From assembly GCF_003334255.1 (NCBI RefSeq), contig NZ_QOWU01000015.1: 64,000 nucleotides of DNA. One strand, given 5' to 3'. Origin of the DNA: Escherichia coli (GTDB lineage Bacteria > Pseudomonadota > Gammaproteobacteria > Enterobacterales > Enterobacteriaceae). A model generated the notes under the pieces. The model ran no database searches. It worked only from the letters and a program-made list of their open reading frames with translations, and was not told the DNA's origin. The translations under genes were made by a program, and so were the position numbers. Of the stretch, positions 36,949 through 47,893 are shown in pieces (position 1 is the first letter of the stretch; the number at the start of each line of letters is the position of its first letter).

Positions 36949-37689
36949 ATGCTGCAAAATATTCGAATTGTGCTGGTGGAGACGTCACACACCGGCAATA
37001 TGGGTTCTGTTGCCCGTGCCATGAAAACAATGGGATTAACCAATCTGTGGCTGGTTAATCCACTGGTGAAACCCGACTCCCAGGCGATTGCCCTGGCAGC
37101 AGGGGCCAGCGATGTGATTGGTAATGCTCACATCGTCGATACGCTCGACGAAGCGTTAGCCGGTTGTAGCCTGGTGGTGGGCACCAGCGCACGTTCCCGC
37201 ACGCTGCCATGGCCGATGCTCGACCCGCGCGAATGCGGCCTGAAAAGCGTCGCTGAAGCGGCAAATACCCCGGTGGCGCTGGTGTTTGGTCGCGAGCGCG
37301 TCGGCTTGACCAATGAAGAGTTGCAGAAATGCCATTATCATGTCGCGATTGCGGCTAACCCGGAATACAGCTCGCTGAACCTGGCGATGGCGGTTCAGGT
37401 TATTGCCTATGAAGTGCGCATGGCCTGGCTGGCAACTCAGGAAAACGGCGAGCAGGTCGAGCATGAAGAGACGCCGTATCCGCTGGTCGATGATCTGGAG
37501 CGTTTTTATGGTCATCTGGAACAAACGCTGCTGGCAACCGGTTTTATCCGTGAAAACCATCCGGGGCAGGTGATGAATAAATTGCGCCGTCTGTTTACCC
37601 GTGCGCGCCCGGAAAGCCAGGAGTTGAATATCCTGCGCGGGATTCTGGCTTCTATTGAGCAGCAGAATAAAGGTAACAAGGCCGAATAA
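36949..37689 (+). CDS. trmJ: tRNA (cytidine/uridine-2'-O)-methyltransferase
   Basis: SPOUT-family sequence; synteny between suhB and iscR. Confidence 0.93.
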
Positions 37690-37690
37690 C

Positions 37691-37872
<182 letters not shown>

Positions 37873-37939
37873 AACAGGTACAAACGCCACGATAAAAAAA
37901 TGGCACTGAAGGTTAAATACCCGACTAAATCAGTCAAGT

Positions 37940-38049
37940 AAATAGTTGACCAATTTACTCGGAAATGTCAGACTTGACCCTGCTATGCAATACCCCCACT
38001 TTTACAATAAAAAACCCCGGGCAGGGGCGAGTTTGAGGTGAAGTAAGAC
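37940..38049 (+). promoter_or_regulatory. isc operon promoter/leader region (IscR-autoregulated); exact boxes not resolved
   Basis: ttgacc hexamers and AT-rich stretch upstream of iscR; position. Confidence 0.3.
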
Positions 38050-38538
38050 ATGAGACTGACATCTAAAGGGCGCTATGCCGTGACCGCAATGCTTGACGTT
38101 GCGCTCAACTCTGAAGCGGGCCCGGTACCGTTGGCTGATATTTCCGAACGTCAGGGAATTTCCCTTTCTTATCTGGAACAACTGTTTTCCCGTCTGCGTA
38201 AAAATGGTCTGGTTTCCAGCGTACGTGGACCAGGCGGTGGTTATCTGTTAGGCAAAGATGCCAGCAGCATCGCCGTTGGCGAAGTAATTAGCGCCGTTGA
38301 CGAATCTGTAGATGCCACCCGTTGTCAGGGTAAAGGCGGCTGCCAGGGCGGCGATAAATGCCTGACCCACGCGCTGTGGCGTGATTTGAGCGACCGTCTC
38401 ACCGGTTTTCTCAACAACATTACTTTAGGCGAACTGGTTAATAACCAGGAAGTGCTGGATGTGTCTGGTCGTCAGCATACTCACGACGCGCCACGCACCC
38501 GCACACAAGACGCGATCGACGTTAAGTTACGCGCTTAA
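38050..38538 (+). CDS. iscR: Fe-S cluster regulator IscR
   Basis: [46 protein letters not shown]... Confidence 0.95.
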
Positions 38539-38649
38539 TAAAAAGAATTCAGAATCAGGCCGGAGTGCTAAATACTCCGTAAACACGGTCGTACATCCAG
38601 CCGGTAGCCTGATTCCTTGCATTGAGTGATGTACGGAGTTTATAGAGCA

Positions 38650-39864
38650 ATGAAATTACCGATTTATCTCGACTACTCCGCAACCACGCCGGTGGACCCG
38701 CGTGTTGCCGAGAAAATGATGCAGTTCATGACGATGGACGGAACCTTTGGTAACCCGGCCTCTCGTTCTCACCGTTTCGGCTGGCAGGCTGAAGAAGCGG
38801 TAGATATCGCCCGTAATCAGATTGCCGATCTGGTCGGCGCTGATCCGCGTGAAATCGTCTTTACCTCTGGTGCAACCGAATCTGACAACCTGGCGATCAA
38901 AGGTGCAGCCAACTTTTATCAGAAAAAAGGCAAGCACATCATCACCAGCAAAACCGAACACAAAGCGGTACTGGATACCTGCCGTCAGCTGGAGCGCGAA
39001 GGTTTTGAAGTCACCTACCTGGCACCGCAGCGTAACGGCATTATCGACCTGAAAGAACTTGAAGCAGCGATGCGTGACGACACCATCCTTGTTTCCATCA
39101 TGCACGTAAATAACGAAATCGGCGTGGTGCAGGATATCGCGGCTATCGGCGAAATGTGCCGTGCTCGTGGCATTATCTATCACGTTGATGCAACCCAGAG
39201 CGTGGGCAAACTGCCTATCGACCTGAGCCAGTTGAAAGTTGACCTGATGTCTTTCTCCGGTCACAAAATCTATGGCCCGAAAGGTATCGGTGCGCTGTAT
39301 GTACGTCGTAAACCGCGCGTACGCATCGAAGCGCAAATGCACGGCGGCGGTCACGAGCGCGGTATGCGTTCCGGCACTCTGCCTGTTCACCAGATCGTCG
39401 GAATGGGCGAGGCCTATCGCATCGCAAAAGAAGAGATGGCGACCGAGATGGAACGTCTGCGCGGCCTGCGTAACCGTCTGTGGAACGGCATCAAAGATAT
39501 CGAAGAAGTTTACCTGAACGGTGACCTGGAACACGGTGCGCCGAACATTCTCAACGTCAGCTTCAACTACGTTGAAGGTGAGTCGCTGATTATGGCGCTG
39601 AAAGACCTCGCAGTTTCTTCAGGTTCCGCCTGTACGTCAGCAAGCCTCGAACCGTCCTACGTGCTGCGCGCGCTGGGGCTGAACGACGAGCTGGCACATA
39701 GCTCTATCCGTTTCTCTTTAGGTCGTTTTACTACTGAAGAAGAGATCGACTACACCATCGAGTTAGTTCGTAAATCCATCGGTCGTCTGCGTGACCTTTC
39801 TCCGCTGTGGGAAATGTACAAGCAGGGCGTGGATCTGAACAGCATCGAATGGGCTCATCATTAA
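38650..39864 (+). CDS. iscS: Cysteine desulfurase IscS (404 aa)
   Basis: [26 protein letters not shown]...; [15 protein letters not shown]-lysine and SSGSACTS active-site motifs. Confidence 0.96.
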
Positions 39865-39891
39865 TCGGTATCGGAATCAGGAGAATTTATA

Positions 39892-40278
39892 ATGGCTTAC
39901 AGCGAAAAAGTTATCGACCATTACGAGAATCCGCGTAACGTGGGTTCCTTTGACAACAACGACGAGAACGTCGGCAGCGGCATGGTGGGGGCACCGGCCT
40001 GTGGCGACGTGATGAAGTTGCAGATTAAAGTCAACGATGAAGGTATCATTGAAGACGCGCGTTTTAAAACTTACGGCTGCGGTTCTGCTATCGCTTCCAG
40101 CTCCCTGGTCACCGAATGGGTGAAAGGGAAGTCTCTCGACGAAGCGCAGGCGATCAAAAATACCGATATTGCTGAAGAACTTGAACTGCCGCCGGTGAAA
40201 ATTCACTGTTCTATTCTGGCAGAAGACGCGATCAAAGCCGCCATTGCGGACTATAAAAGCAAACGTGAAGCAAAATAA
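39892..40278 (+). CDS. iscU: Fe-S scaffold IscU
   Basis: MAYSEKVIDHYENPRNVGSF...GAPACGDVMKLQ. Confidence 0.97.
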   Translation: MAYSEKVIDHYENPRNVGSFDNNDENVGSGMVGAPACGDVMKLQIKVNDEGIIEDARFKTYGCGSAIASSSLVTEWVKGKSLDEAQAIKNTDIAEELELPPVKIHCSILAEDAIKAAIADYKSKREAK

Positions 40279-40294
40279 GAGTTGAGGTTTGGTT

Positions 40295-40618
40295 ATGTCG
40301 ATTACACTGAGCGACAGTGCAGCAGCGCGAGTAAATACCTTTCTGGCTAACCGCGGCAAAGGGTTTGGCCTGCGTCTGGGCGTGAGAACCTCCGGATGTT
40401 CAGGTATGGCTTATGTACTGGAATTTGTTGACGAACCGACGCCGGAAGACATCGTGTTTGAAGACAAAGGCGTGAAAGTCGTGGTCGATGGCAAAAGCCT
40501 GCAATTTCTGGACGGTACGCAGCTGGACTTCGTAAAAGAAGGCCTGAACGAAGGGTTTAAATTCACCAACCCGAACGTCAAAGATGAGTGTGGTTGCGGC
40601 GAAAGCTTCCACGTTTGA
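40295..40618 (+). CDS. iscA: Fe-S carrier IscA (107 aa)
   Basis: [17 protein letters not shown]...CGCGESFHV. Confidence 0.95.
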   Translation: MSITLSDSAAARVNTFLANRGKGFGLRLGVRTSGCSGMAYVLEFVDEPTPEDIVFEDKGVKVVVDGKSLQFLDGTQLDFVKEGLNEGFKFTNPNVKDECGCGESFHV

Positions 40619-40713
40619 TGCGCATACCGATAACCCCACCGTGGTCGCCTGCGCGTGGGGTTTGTTTTACCTGATTCGCCGTTATCGCGGCGGATCGCAG
40701 CCCTGAGAATGTT

Positions 40714-41229
40714 ATGGATTACTTCACCCTCTTTGGCTTGCCTGCCCGTTATCAACTCGATACCCAGGCGCTGAGCCTGCGTTTTCAGGATCTACAACGT
40801 CAGTATCATCCTGATAAATTCGCCAGCGGAAGCCAGGCGGAACAACTCGCCGCCGTACAGCAATCTGCAACCATTAACCAGGCCTGGCAAACGCTGCGTC
40901 ATCCGTTAATGCGCGCGGAATATTTGCTTTCTTTGCACGGCTTTGATCTCGCCAGCGAGCAGCATACTGTGCGCGACACCGCGTTCCTGATGGAACAGTT
41001 GGAGCTGCGCGAAGAGCTGGACGAGATCGAACAGGCGAAAGATGAAGCGCGGCTGGAAAGCTTTATCAAACGTGTGAAAAAGATGTTTGATACCCGCCAT
41101 CAGTTGATGGTTGAACAGTTAGACAACGAGACGTGGGACGCGGCGGCGGATACCGTGCGTAAGCTGCGTTTTCTCGATAAACTGCGAAGCAGTGCCGAAC
41201 AACTCGAAGAAAAACTGCTCGATTTTTAA
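40714..41229 (+). CDS. hscB: J-domain co-chaperone HscB
   Basis: [16 protein letters not shown]...HPD motif. Confidence 0.95.
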
Positions 41230-41245
41230 TTTCTGGAAGCTAAAC

Positions 41246-43096
41246 ATGGCCTTATTACAAATTAGTGAACCTGGTTTGAGTGCTGCGCCGCATCAGCGTC
41301 GTCTGGCGGCCGGTATTGACCTGGGCACAACCAACTCGCTGGTGGCGACAGTGCGCAGCGGTCAGGCCGAAACGTTAGCCGATCATGAAGGCCGTCACCT
41401 GCTGCCATCTGTTGTTCACTATCAACAGCAAGGGCATTCGGTGGGTTATGACGCGCGTACTAATGCAGCGCTCGATACCGCCAACACAATTAGTTCTGTT
41501 AAACGCCTGATGGGACGCTCGCTGGCTGATATCCAGCAACGCTATCCGCATCTGCCTTATCAATTCCAGGCCAGCGAAAACGGCCTGCCGATGATTGAAA
41601 CGGCGGCGGGGCTGCTGAACCCGGTGCGCGTTTCTGCGGACATCCTCAAAGCACTGGCGGCGCGGGCAACTGAAGCCCTGGCAGGCGAGCTGGATGGTGT
41701 AGTTATCACCGTTCCGGCGTACTTTGACGATGCCCAGCGTCAGGGCACCAAAGACGCGGCGCGTCTGGCGGGCCTTCACGTCCTGCGCTTACTTAACGAA
41801 CCGACCGCTGCGGCTATCGCCTACGGGCTGGATTCCGGTCAGGAAGGCGTGATCGCCGTTTATGACCTCGGTGGCGGGACGTTTGATATTTCCATTCTGC
41901 GCTTAAGTCGCGGCGTGTTTGAAGTGCTGGCAACCGGCGGTGATTCCGCGCTCGGCGGCGATGATTTCGACCATCTGCTGGCGGATTACATTCGCGAGCA
42001 GGCGGGCATTCCTGATCGTAGCGATAACCGCGTTCAGCGTGAACTGCTGGATGCCGCCATTGCAGCCAAAATCGCGCTGAGCGATGCGGACTCCGTGACC
42101 GTTAACGTTGCGGGCTGGCAGGGCGAAATCAGCCGTGAACAATTCAATGAACTGATCGCGCCACTGGTAAAACGAACCTTACTGGCTTGTCGTCGCGCGC
42201 TGAAAGACGCGGGTGTAGAAGCTGATGAAGTGCTGGAAGTGGTGATGGTGGGCGGTTCTACTCGCGTGCCGCTGGTGCGTGAACGGGTAGGCGAATTTTT
42301 CGGTCGTCCACCGCTGACTTCCATCGACCCGGATAAAGTCGTCGCTATTGGCGCGGCGATTCAGGCGGATATTCTGGTGGGTAACAAGCCAGACAGCGAA
42401 ATGCTGTTGCTTGATGTGATCCCACTGTCGCTGGGCCTCGAAACGATGGGCGGCCTGGTGGAGAAAGTGATTCCGCGTAATACCACTATTCCGGTGGCCC
42501 GCGCTCAGGATTTCACCACCTTTAAAGATGGTCAGACGGCGATGTCTATCCATGTAATGCAGGGTGAGCGCGAACTGGTGCAGGACTGCCGCTCACTGGC
42601 GCGTTTTGCGCTGCGTGGTATTCCGGCGCTACCGGCTGGCGGTGCGCATATTCGCGTGACGTTCCAGGTCGATGCCGACGGTCTTTTGAGCGTGACGGCG
42701 ATGGAGAAATCCACCGGCGTTGAGGCGTCTATTCAGGTCAAACCGTCTTACGGTCTGACCGATAGCGAAATCGCTTCGATGATCAAAGACTCAATGAGCT
42801 ATGCCGAGCAGGACGTAAAAGCCCGAATGCTGGCAGAACAAAAAGTAGAAGCGGCGCGTGTGCTGGAAAGTCTGCACGGCGCGCTGGCTGCTGATGCCGC
42901 GCTGTTAAGCGCCGCAGAACGTCAGGTCATTGACGATGCTGCCGCTCACCTGAGTGAAGTGGCGCAGGGCGATGATGTTGACGCCATCGAACAAGCGATT
43001 AAAAACGTAGACAAACAAACCCAGGATTTCGCCGCTCGCCGCATGGACCAGTCGGTTCGTCGTGCGCTGAAAGGCCATTCCGTGGACGAGGTTTAA
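41246..43096 (+). CDS. hscA: Hsp70-type chaperone HscA (616 aa)
   Basis: [11 protein letters not shown]...[12 protein letters not shown]; track ORF trimmed. Confidence 0.95.
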
Positions 43097-43097
43097 T

Positions 43098-43433
43098 ATG
43101 CCAAAGATTGTTATTTTGCCTCATCAGGATCTCTGCCCTGATGGCGCTGTTCTGGAAGCTAATAGCGGTGAAACCATTCTCGACGCAGCTCTGCGTAACG
43201 GTATCGAGATTGAACACGCCTGTGAAAAATCCTGTGCTTGCACCACCTGCCACTGCATCGTTCGTGAAGGTTTTGACTCACTGCCGGAAAGCTCAGAGCA
43301 GGAAGACGACATGCTGGACAAAGCCTGGGGACTGGAGCCGGAAAGCCGTTTAAGCTGCCAGGCGCGCGTTACCGACGAAGATTTAGTAGTCGAAATCCCG
43401 CGTTACACTATCAACCATGCGCGTGAGCATTAA
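43098..43433 (+). CDS. fdx: [2Fe-2S] ferredoxin Fdx
   Basis: [21 protein letters not shown]... Confidence 0.96.
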
Positions 43434-43444
43434 CAGAGGTTAGT

Positions 43445-43645
43445 ATGGGACTTAAGTGGACCGATAGCCGCGAAATTGGCGAAGCACTGTACGATGCGTA
43501 TCCCGATCTTGATCCGAAAACGGTTCGATTCACCGATATGCATCAGTGGATTTGCGATCTGGAAGATTTCGACGACGACCCGCAGGCATCCAACGAGAAA
43601 ATCCTCGAAGCGATTTTGTTAGTCTGGCTGGACGAGGCCGAATAA
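43445..43645 (+). CDS. iscX: IscX (YfhJ), 66 aa
   Basis: [36 protein letters not shown]... Confidence 0.93.
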
Positions 43646-43822
43646 TTTCCGCGTCATGCTTCACGCCGCAGATGCGTTGGCTGCGCTCGTTCACCCCAGT
43701 CACATAGTTATCTATGCTCCTGGGGCTTCACTCACTTGCCGCCTTCCTGCAACGCGAATCATTTAGCGGAAAAATCCTGGGGCTGCCAACTGGCGGCCCT
43801 TTTACAAAGAAGGATAACTAAA

Positions 43823-45106
43823 ATGACAGAAGCGATGAAGATTACCCTCTCTACCCAACCTGCCGACGCGCGCTGGGGAGAAAAAGCAACTTACAGCATT
43901 AATAATGACGGCATTACCCTGCATTTGAACGGGGCAGACGATCTGGGGCTGATCCAGCGTGCGGCGCGCAAGATTGACGGTCTGGGCATCAAGCATGTTC
44001 AGTTAAGCGGTGAAGGCTGGGATGCGGATCGCTGCTGGGCATTCTGGCAAGGTTACAAAGCCCCGAAAGGCACGCGTAAAGTGGTGTGGCCGGATCTGGA
44101 CGATGCCCAGCGCCAGGAACTGGATAACCGCCTGATGATCATCGACTGGGTGCGTGACACCATCAACGCACCGGCAGAAGAATTGGGACCATCGCAACTG
44201 GCACAGCGTGCTGTTGATCTGATCAGCAACGTCGCGGGCGATCGTGTGACTTATCGGATCACCAAAGGCGAAGATCTGCGTGAGCAAGGTTATATGGGGC
44301 TGCACACAGTCGGACGCGGTTCAGAACGTTCTCCGGTATTGCTGGCGCTGGATTACAACCCAACTGGCGATAAAGAAGCGCCAGTGTACGCGTGCCTGGT
44401 AGGTAAAGGTATCACTTTTGACTCCGGCGGCTACAGCATCAAACAGACTGCGTTTATGGACTCGATGAAGTCGGACATGGGCGGCGCGGCAACGGTTACC
44501 GGGGCGCTGGCATTTGCCATTACGCGCGGACTGAACAAGCGCGTGAAGCTGTTCCTCTGCTGTGCGGATAACCTGATTAGCGGCAATGCGTTCAAGCTGG
44601 GCGATATCATCACCTATCGCAACGGTAAAAAAGTTGAAGTGATGAACACTGATGCCGAAGGGCGTCTGGTGCTTGCCGATGGTCTGATTGATGCCAGTGC
44701 GCAGAAACCGGAAATGATCATTGATGCGGCGACCCTCACCGGGGCGGCGAAAACTGCGCTGGGTAATGATTATCACGCGCTGTTCAGTTTTGACGATGCG
44801 CTGGCCGGTCGCTTGCTGGCGAGTGCCGCGCAGGAGAACGAACCGTTCTGGCGTCTGCCGCTGGCGGAGTTCCACCGCAGCCAGCTGCCGTCTAACTTTG
44901 CCGAACTGAACAATACCGGAAGCGCGGCGTATCCGGCAGGCGCGAGCACGGCGGCGGGCTTCCTGTCGCACTTTGTTGAGAACTATCAGCAAGGCTGGCT
45001 GCATATCGACTGCTCGGCGACTTACCGTAAAGCGCCGGTTGAACAGTGGTCTGCGGGCGCTACGGGACTTGGTGTGCGCACGATAGCTAATCTGTTAACG
45101 GCGTAA
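43823..45106 (+). CDS. pepB: Peptidase B (M17 aminopeptidase, 427 aa)
   Basis: [18 protein letters not shown]...; NTDAEGRL M17 motif. Confidence 0.92.
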
Positions 45107-45114
45107 ACTAATAT

Positions 45115-45211
<97 letters not shown>

Positions 45212-45247
45212 ATTTGCGCCCCGAACGTTGAATGAATTGTGGTTCTT

Positions 45248-46024
45248 ATGTCCGAAACAAAAAACGAACTTGAAGACCTGCTGGAAAAAGCAGCAACTGA
45301 ACCGGCGCACCGCCCGGCCTTTTTCCGTACTCTACTGGAATCCACCGTCTGGGTGCCTGGTACGGCGGCGCAGGGCGAGGCTGTGGTTGAAGATAGCGCG
45401 CTTGATTTACAGCACTGGGAAAAAGAAGACGGCACCAGCGTCATTCCTTTTTTCACCTCGTTAGAAGCACTTCAACAGGCGGTTGAAGACGAACAGGCAT
45501 TTGTCGTAATGCCCGTTCGCACGCTGTTTGAGATGACACTTGGCGAAACGCTCTTCCTTAATGCCAAACTGCCAACCGGTAAAGAATTTATGTCGCGTGA
45601 AATCAGTTTGTTGATTGGTGAAGAGGGAAATCCGCTGAGCAGCCAGGAAATCCTGGAAGGCGGTGAATCGCTGATATTATCGGAAGTCGCAGAGCCGCCA
45701 GCACAAATGATTGATTCACTCACCACCTTATTTAAAACCATTAAGCCGGTGAAGCGTGCTTTTATTTGTTCAATTAAAGAGAACGAAGAGGCACAGCCTA
45801 ATTTACTTATTGGCATTGAAGCCGATGGTGATATCGAAGAAATTATTCAGGCGACGGGAAGTGTAGCGACCGATACATTACCTGGCGATGAACCAATCGA
45901 TATTTGTCAGGTGAAAAAAGGGGAAAAAGGAATTAGCCACTTTATTACCGAACATATTGCGCCATTCTATGAACGTCGCTGGGGTGGTTTTTTGCGTGAC
46001 TTTAAACAGAATCGGATAATCTAA
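45248..46024 (+). CDS. sseB: SseB, enhancer of serine sensitivity (start alternatives: GTG 45239 or ATG 45248)
   Basis: MSETKNELEDLLEKAATEPAHRPAFF...; synteny with sseA. Confidence 0.85.
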   Translation: MSETKNELEDLLEKAATEPAHRPAFFRTLLESTVWVPGTAAQGEAVVEDSALDLQHWEKEDGTSVIPFFTSLEALQQAVEDEQAFVVMPVRTLFEMTLGETLFLNAKLPTGKEFMSREISLLIGEEGNPLSSQEILEGGESLILSEVAEPPAQMIDSLTTLFKTIKPVKRAFICSIKENEEAQPNLLIGIEADGDIEEIIQATGSVATDTLPGDEPIDICQVKKGEKGISHFITEHIAPFYERRWGGFLRDFKQNRII

Positions 46025-46028
46025 AATA

Positions 46029-46047
46029 TGCCGCCCAAAGGGCGGCA
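46029..46047. terminator. Short GC hairpin between the sseB stop and the small ORF stop; possible bidirectional terminator
   Basis: tgccgccc-aaa-gggcggca; U-rich sequence follows on the minus strand. Confidence 0.4.
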
Positions 46048-46054
46048 TTCGGGC

Positions 46055-46180
46055 TTACTTGCTGCTCTGAAGGTTGTTAACCACCAGTAAATTGTCGCCG
46101 GAGAGACTCCGGTTATTATTTACCTCGGTTAACAGCGCACCAGAAACAATAAGTACGATACAAAAGCACCGTATCTTCAT
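46055..46180 (-). CDS. Candidate 41-aa small hydrophobic protein (type I toxin-like; possibly the ryfA/timP class)
   Basis: ATG...TAA ORF translating MKIRCFCIVLIVSGALLTEVNNNRSLSGDNLLVVNNLQSSK; hydrophobic N-terminal 17 residues; not in the supplied ORF track (below its size cut-off). Confidence 0.4.
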   Translation of the reverse strand: MKIRCFCIVLIVSGALLTEVNNNRSLSGDNLLVVNNLQSSK

Positions 46181-46310
46181 TGTGCGGTCCATGCGAAGAC
46201 CGCATCACGACAGCACCACTGGCGATATTGCCGCGATAGCAAGCGCTGTGAAACACCTGCATTTACGGCCACGGAACATCCTTTCCTAAAGCCAGCGCCC
46301 GTTTGCGAGA

Positions 46311-46507
46311 CGGCGGAAAGGGCCGCAGTGGATAATACACTAACAGAACAATAATAACTCTCTTTTGCTTGACAAAAAGAGAGTTACTGGCGAGTATTGT
46401 CTCCGCTGAGACGCGCTTGCATTACTACGGTAATACAACCTGCTGGAAAGGCCGCGAACCGGACCAGCAACAAAAAACCGCCTGATTTTGGCGGTTTTTT
46501 GTTTTTT
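46311..46507 (+). repeat. Direct repeat copy 1 of an sRNA-like module
   Basis: Begins cggcggaaagggccg; contains perfect 9-bp-stem hairpin ctctctttt-gcttgaca-aaaagagag with TTGACA in the loop; ends ccgcc..ggcgg plus T-run. Confidence 0.7.
46404..46507 (+). ncRNA. Candidate ~100-nt sRNA 1 (antitoxin-like); predicted, not verified
   Basis: TTGACA (46369..46374), 17-bp spacer, gagtat (46392..46397); Rho-independent terminator at 46478..46507. Confidence 0.3.
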
Positions 46508-46632
46508 AAAGGAAAGTGAATTTACATGTTTAAGTAATATCTTTTACCGGTTAGAATTTTTAATTTTGAGCAGGATTTGTTTATATTTGTCTGAATTCAG
46601 ACTAATAAGCCAGGTTATTTTATTACCGAACA

Positions 46633-46826
46633 CGGCGGAAAGGGCCGGTGTCGATAATACGCTAAATAAACAATAATTACTCTCTTTTGCTTGACAAAAA
46701 GAGAGTTACTGGTGAGTATTGTTTTGCTGTGAAGCACCTGCGTTGCTCATGTAACACAAGTCAACCTGCTGGAAAGGCCGCGAACCAGACTAGCAATAAA
46801 AAACCGCCAAATTCGGCGGTTTTTTA
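46633..46826 (+). repeat. Direct repeat copy 2 of the same module
   Basis: Same start box, same 9-bp hairpin (46680..46705), same gctggaaaggccgcgaacc box, same terminator type; about 322-bp period. Confidence 0.7.
46726..46826 (+). ncRNA. Candidate ~100-nt sRNA 2 (sibling of sRNA 1); predicted, not verified
   Basis: TTGACA (46691..46696), 17-bp spacer, gagtat (46714..46719); terminator at 46804..46825, which also lies just downstream of sseA on the other strand. Confidence 0.3.
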
Positions 46827-46841
46827 TTGCCTGTAAAATAC

Positions 46842-47687
46842 TTATTTCACTGGCTCAACCGGTAAATCTGCCCGCGCGCCCCATTCACTCCATGCGCCGT
46901 CGTACAGTTTCACGTTTGGCACATCCAGCGTCGCGAGTGCTAACAAAACCACGGCTGCCGTTACACCAGAGCCGCAGCTGACGATAATTGGTTTGTCGTA
47001 GCTGACGCCGCGACCAAAAAATATCGCATCCAGTTCATCGGTCGTTTTTAGTTCGCCTTCGCGCACCAGTTCCGTCCACGGAACATTCAGTGCTCCGGGA
47101 ATATGTCCGCGACGTAAACCTGGGCGAGGTTCATCAACTTCTGCGTTAAAACGTGCAGCCGGGCGGGCATCAATAATTTGCGCCGTATTTTCATGGCTTG
47201 CCAATAATACATCGGTTACTTTCACCACGGCTTCAGGATTAAACGCGGCGTTAAACTCTCCTTCCGGCAGCTCTACTGCACCTTCTTCTAACAGCAGATC
47301 ATCGCGCTGCCAGCCTGCAAGTCCACCCCCCAGAATCGACACTTTCTCTACACCAAAGGTGCGCAGCATCCACCATGCTCGTGGGGCTGAGAAAAGATTA
47401 CCTTCGTCATAGACAATCAGGTGCTTATCCTGGTTAACGCCTAATTCACGCATCGCCACGGCGAACGTTTCCGGGCGCGGCAGCATGTGCGGAAGCGGGG
47501 AAGTGTGATCAGAAAGCGCTTCGATATCAAAAAACACTGCGCCGGGAATATGTCCATTCAGATACTCCTGAGCAACGTTACGATCCTCCTGTCCAGGCGA
47601 CGCCATGCGGGCATCGATAATCTGAATTTCCGGGTCATCAATATGTTCGGCGAGCCAGTCGGCTCCTACAAACCATGTCGTGGACAT
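46842..47687 (-). CDS. sseA: 3-mercaptopyruvate sulfurtransferase (281 aa)
   Basis: MSTTWFVGADWLAEHIDDPEIQIIDARM...; rhodanese catalytic CGSGVTA; track ORF trimmed to the ATG at 47687. Confidence 0.93.
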   Translation of the reverse strand: MSTTWFVGADWLAEHIDDPEIQIIDARMASPGQEDRNVAQEYLNGHIPGAVFFDIEALSDHTSPLPHMLPRPETFAVAMRELGVNQDKHLIVYDEGNLFSAPRAWWMLRTFGVEKVSILGGGLAGWQRDDLLLEEGAVELPEGEFNAAFNPEAVVKVTDVLLASHENTAQIIDARPAARFNAEVDEPRPGLRRGHIPGALNVPWTELVREGELKTTDELDAIFFGRGVSYDKPIIVSCGSGVTAAVVLLALATLDVPNVKLYDGAWSEWGARADLPVEPVK

Positions 47688-47893
47688 AGGCATCTCCATT
47701 TTTGCCGGGGTTAGGCTAAATTGTCGGATGTTTAGTGAAAAGCGACAAGCAAAAGAGGCTGATTTGGCTGTCTGAGCCACAATTCTCACTAAAATTCGGA
47801 TTGTATGGGCGTGATACTGAATTACATAACGTAAATTCTCACGCATAATAATTATTCGACGTTGCTAACGGGCCATTGTGGCAGGGATGAAAA

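Noticed and set aside
38656-45004. Antisense ORFs within iscS (38656..39534), hscA and pepB (44321..45004)
   Set aside because: Shadow ORFs of well-defined sense genes, with no start-site context.
46074-46289. 71-aa + strand ORF in the sseB-sseA intergenic region
   Set aside because: No ribosome-binding site and an atypical composition; the region is better explained by the minus-strand 41-codon hydrophobic ORF and its leader. I cannot fully exclude it without expression data.
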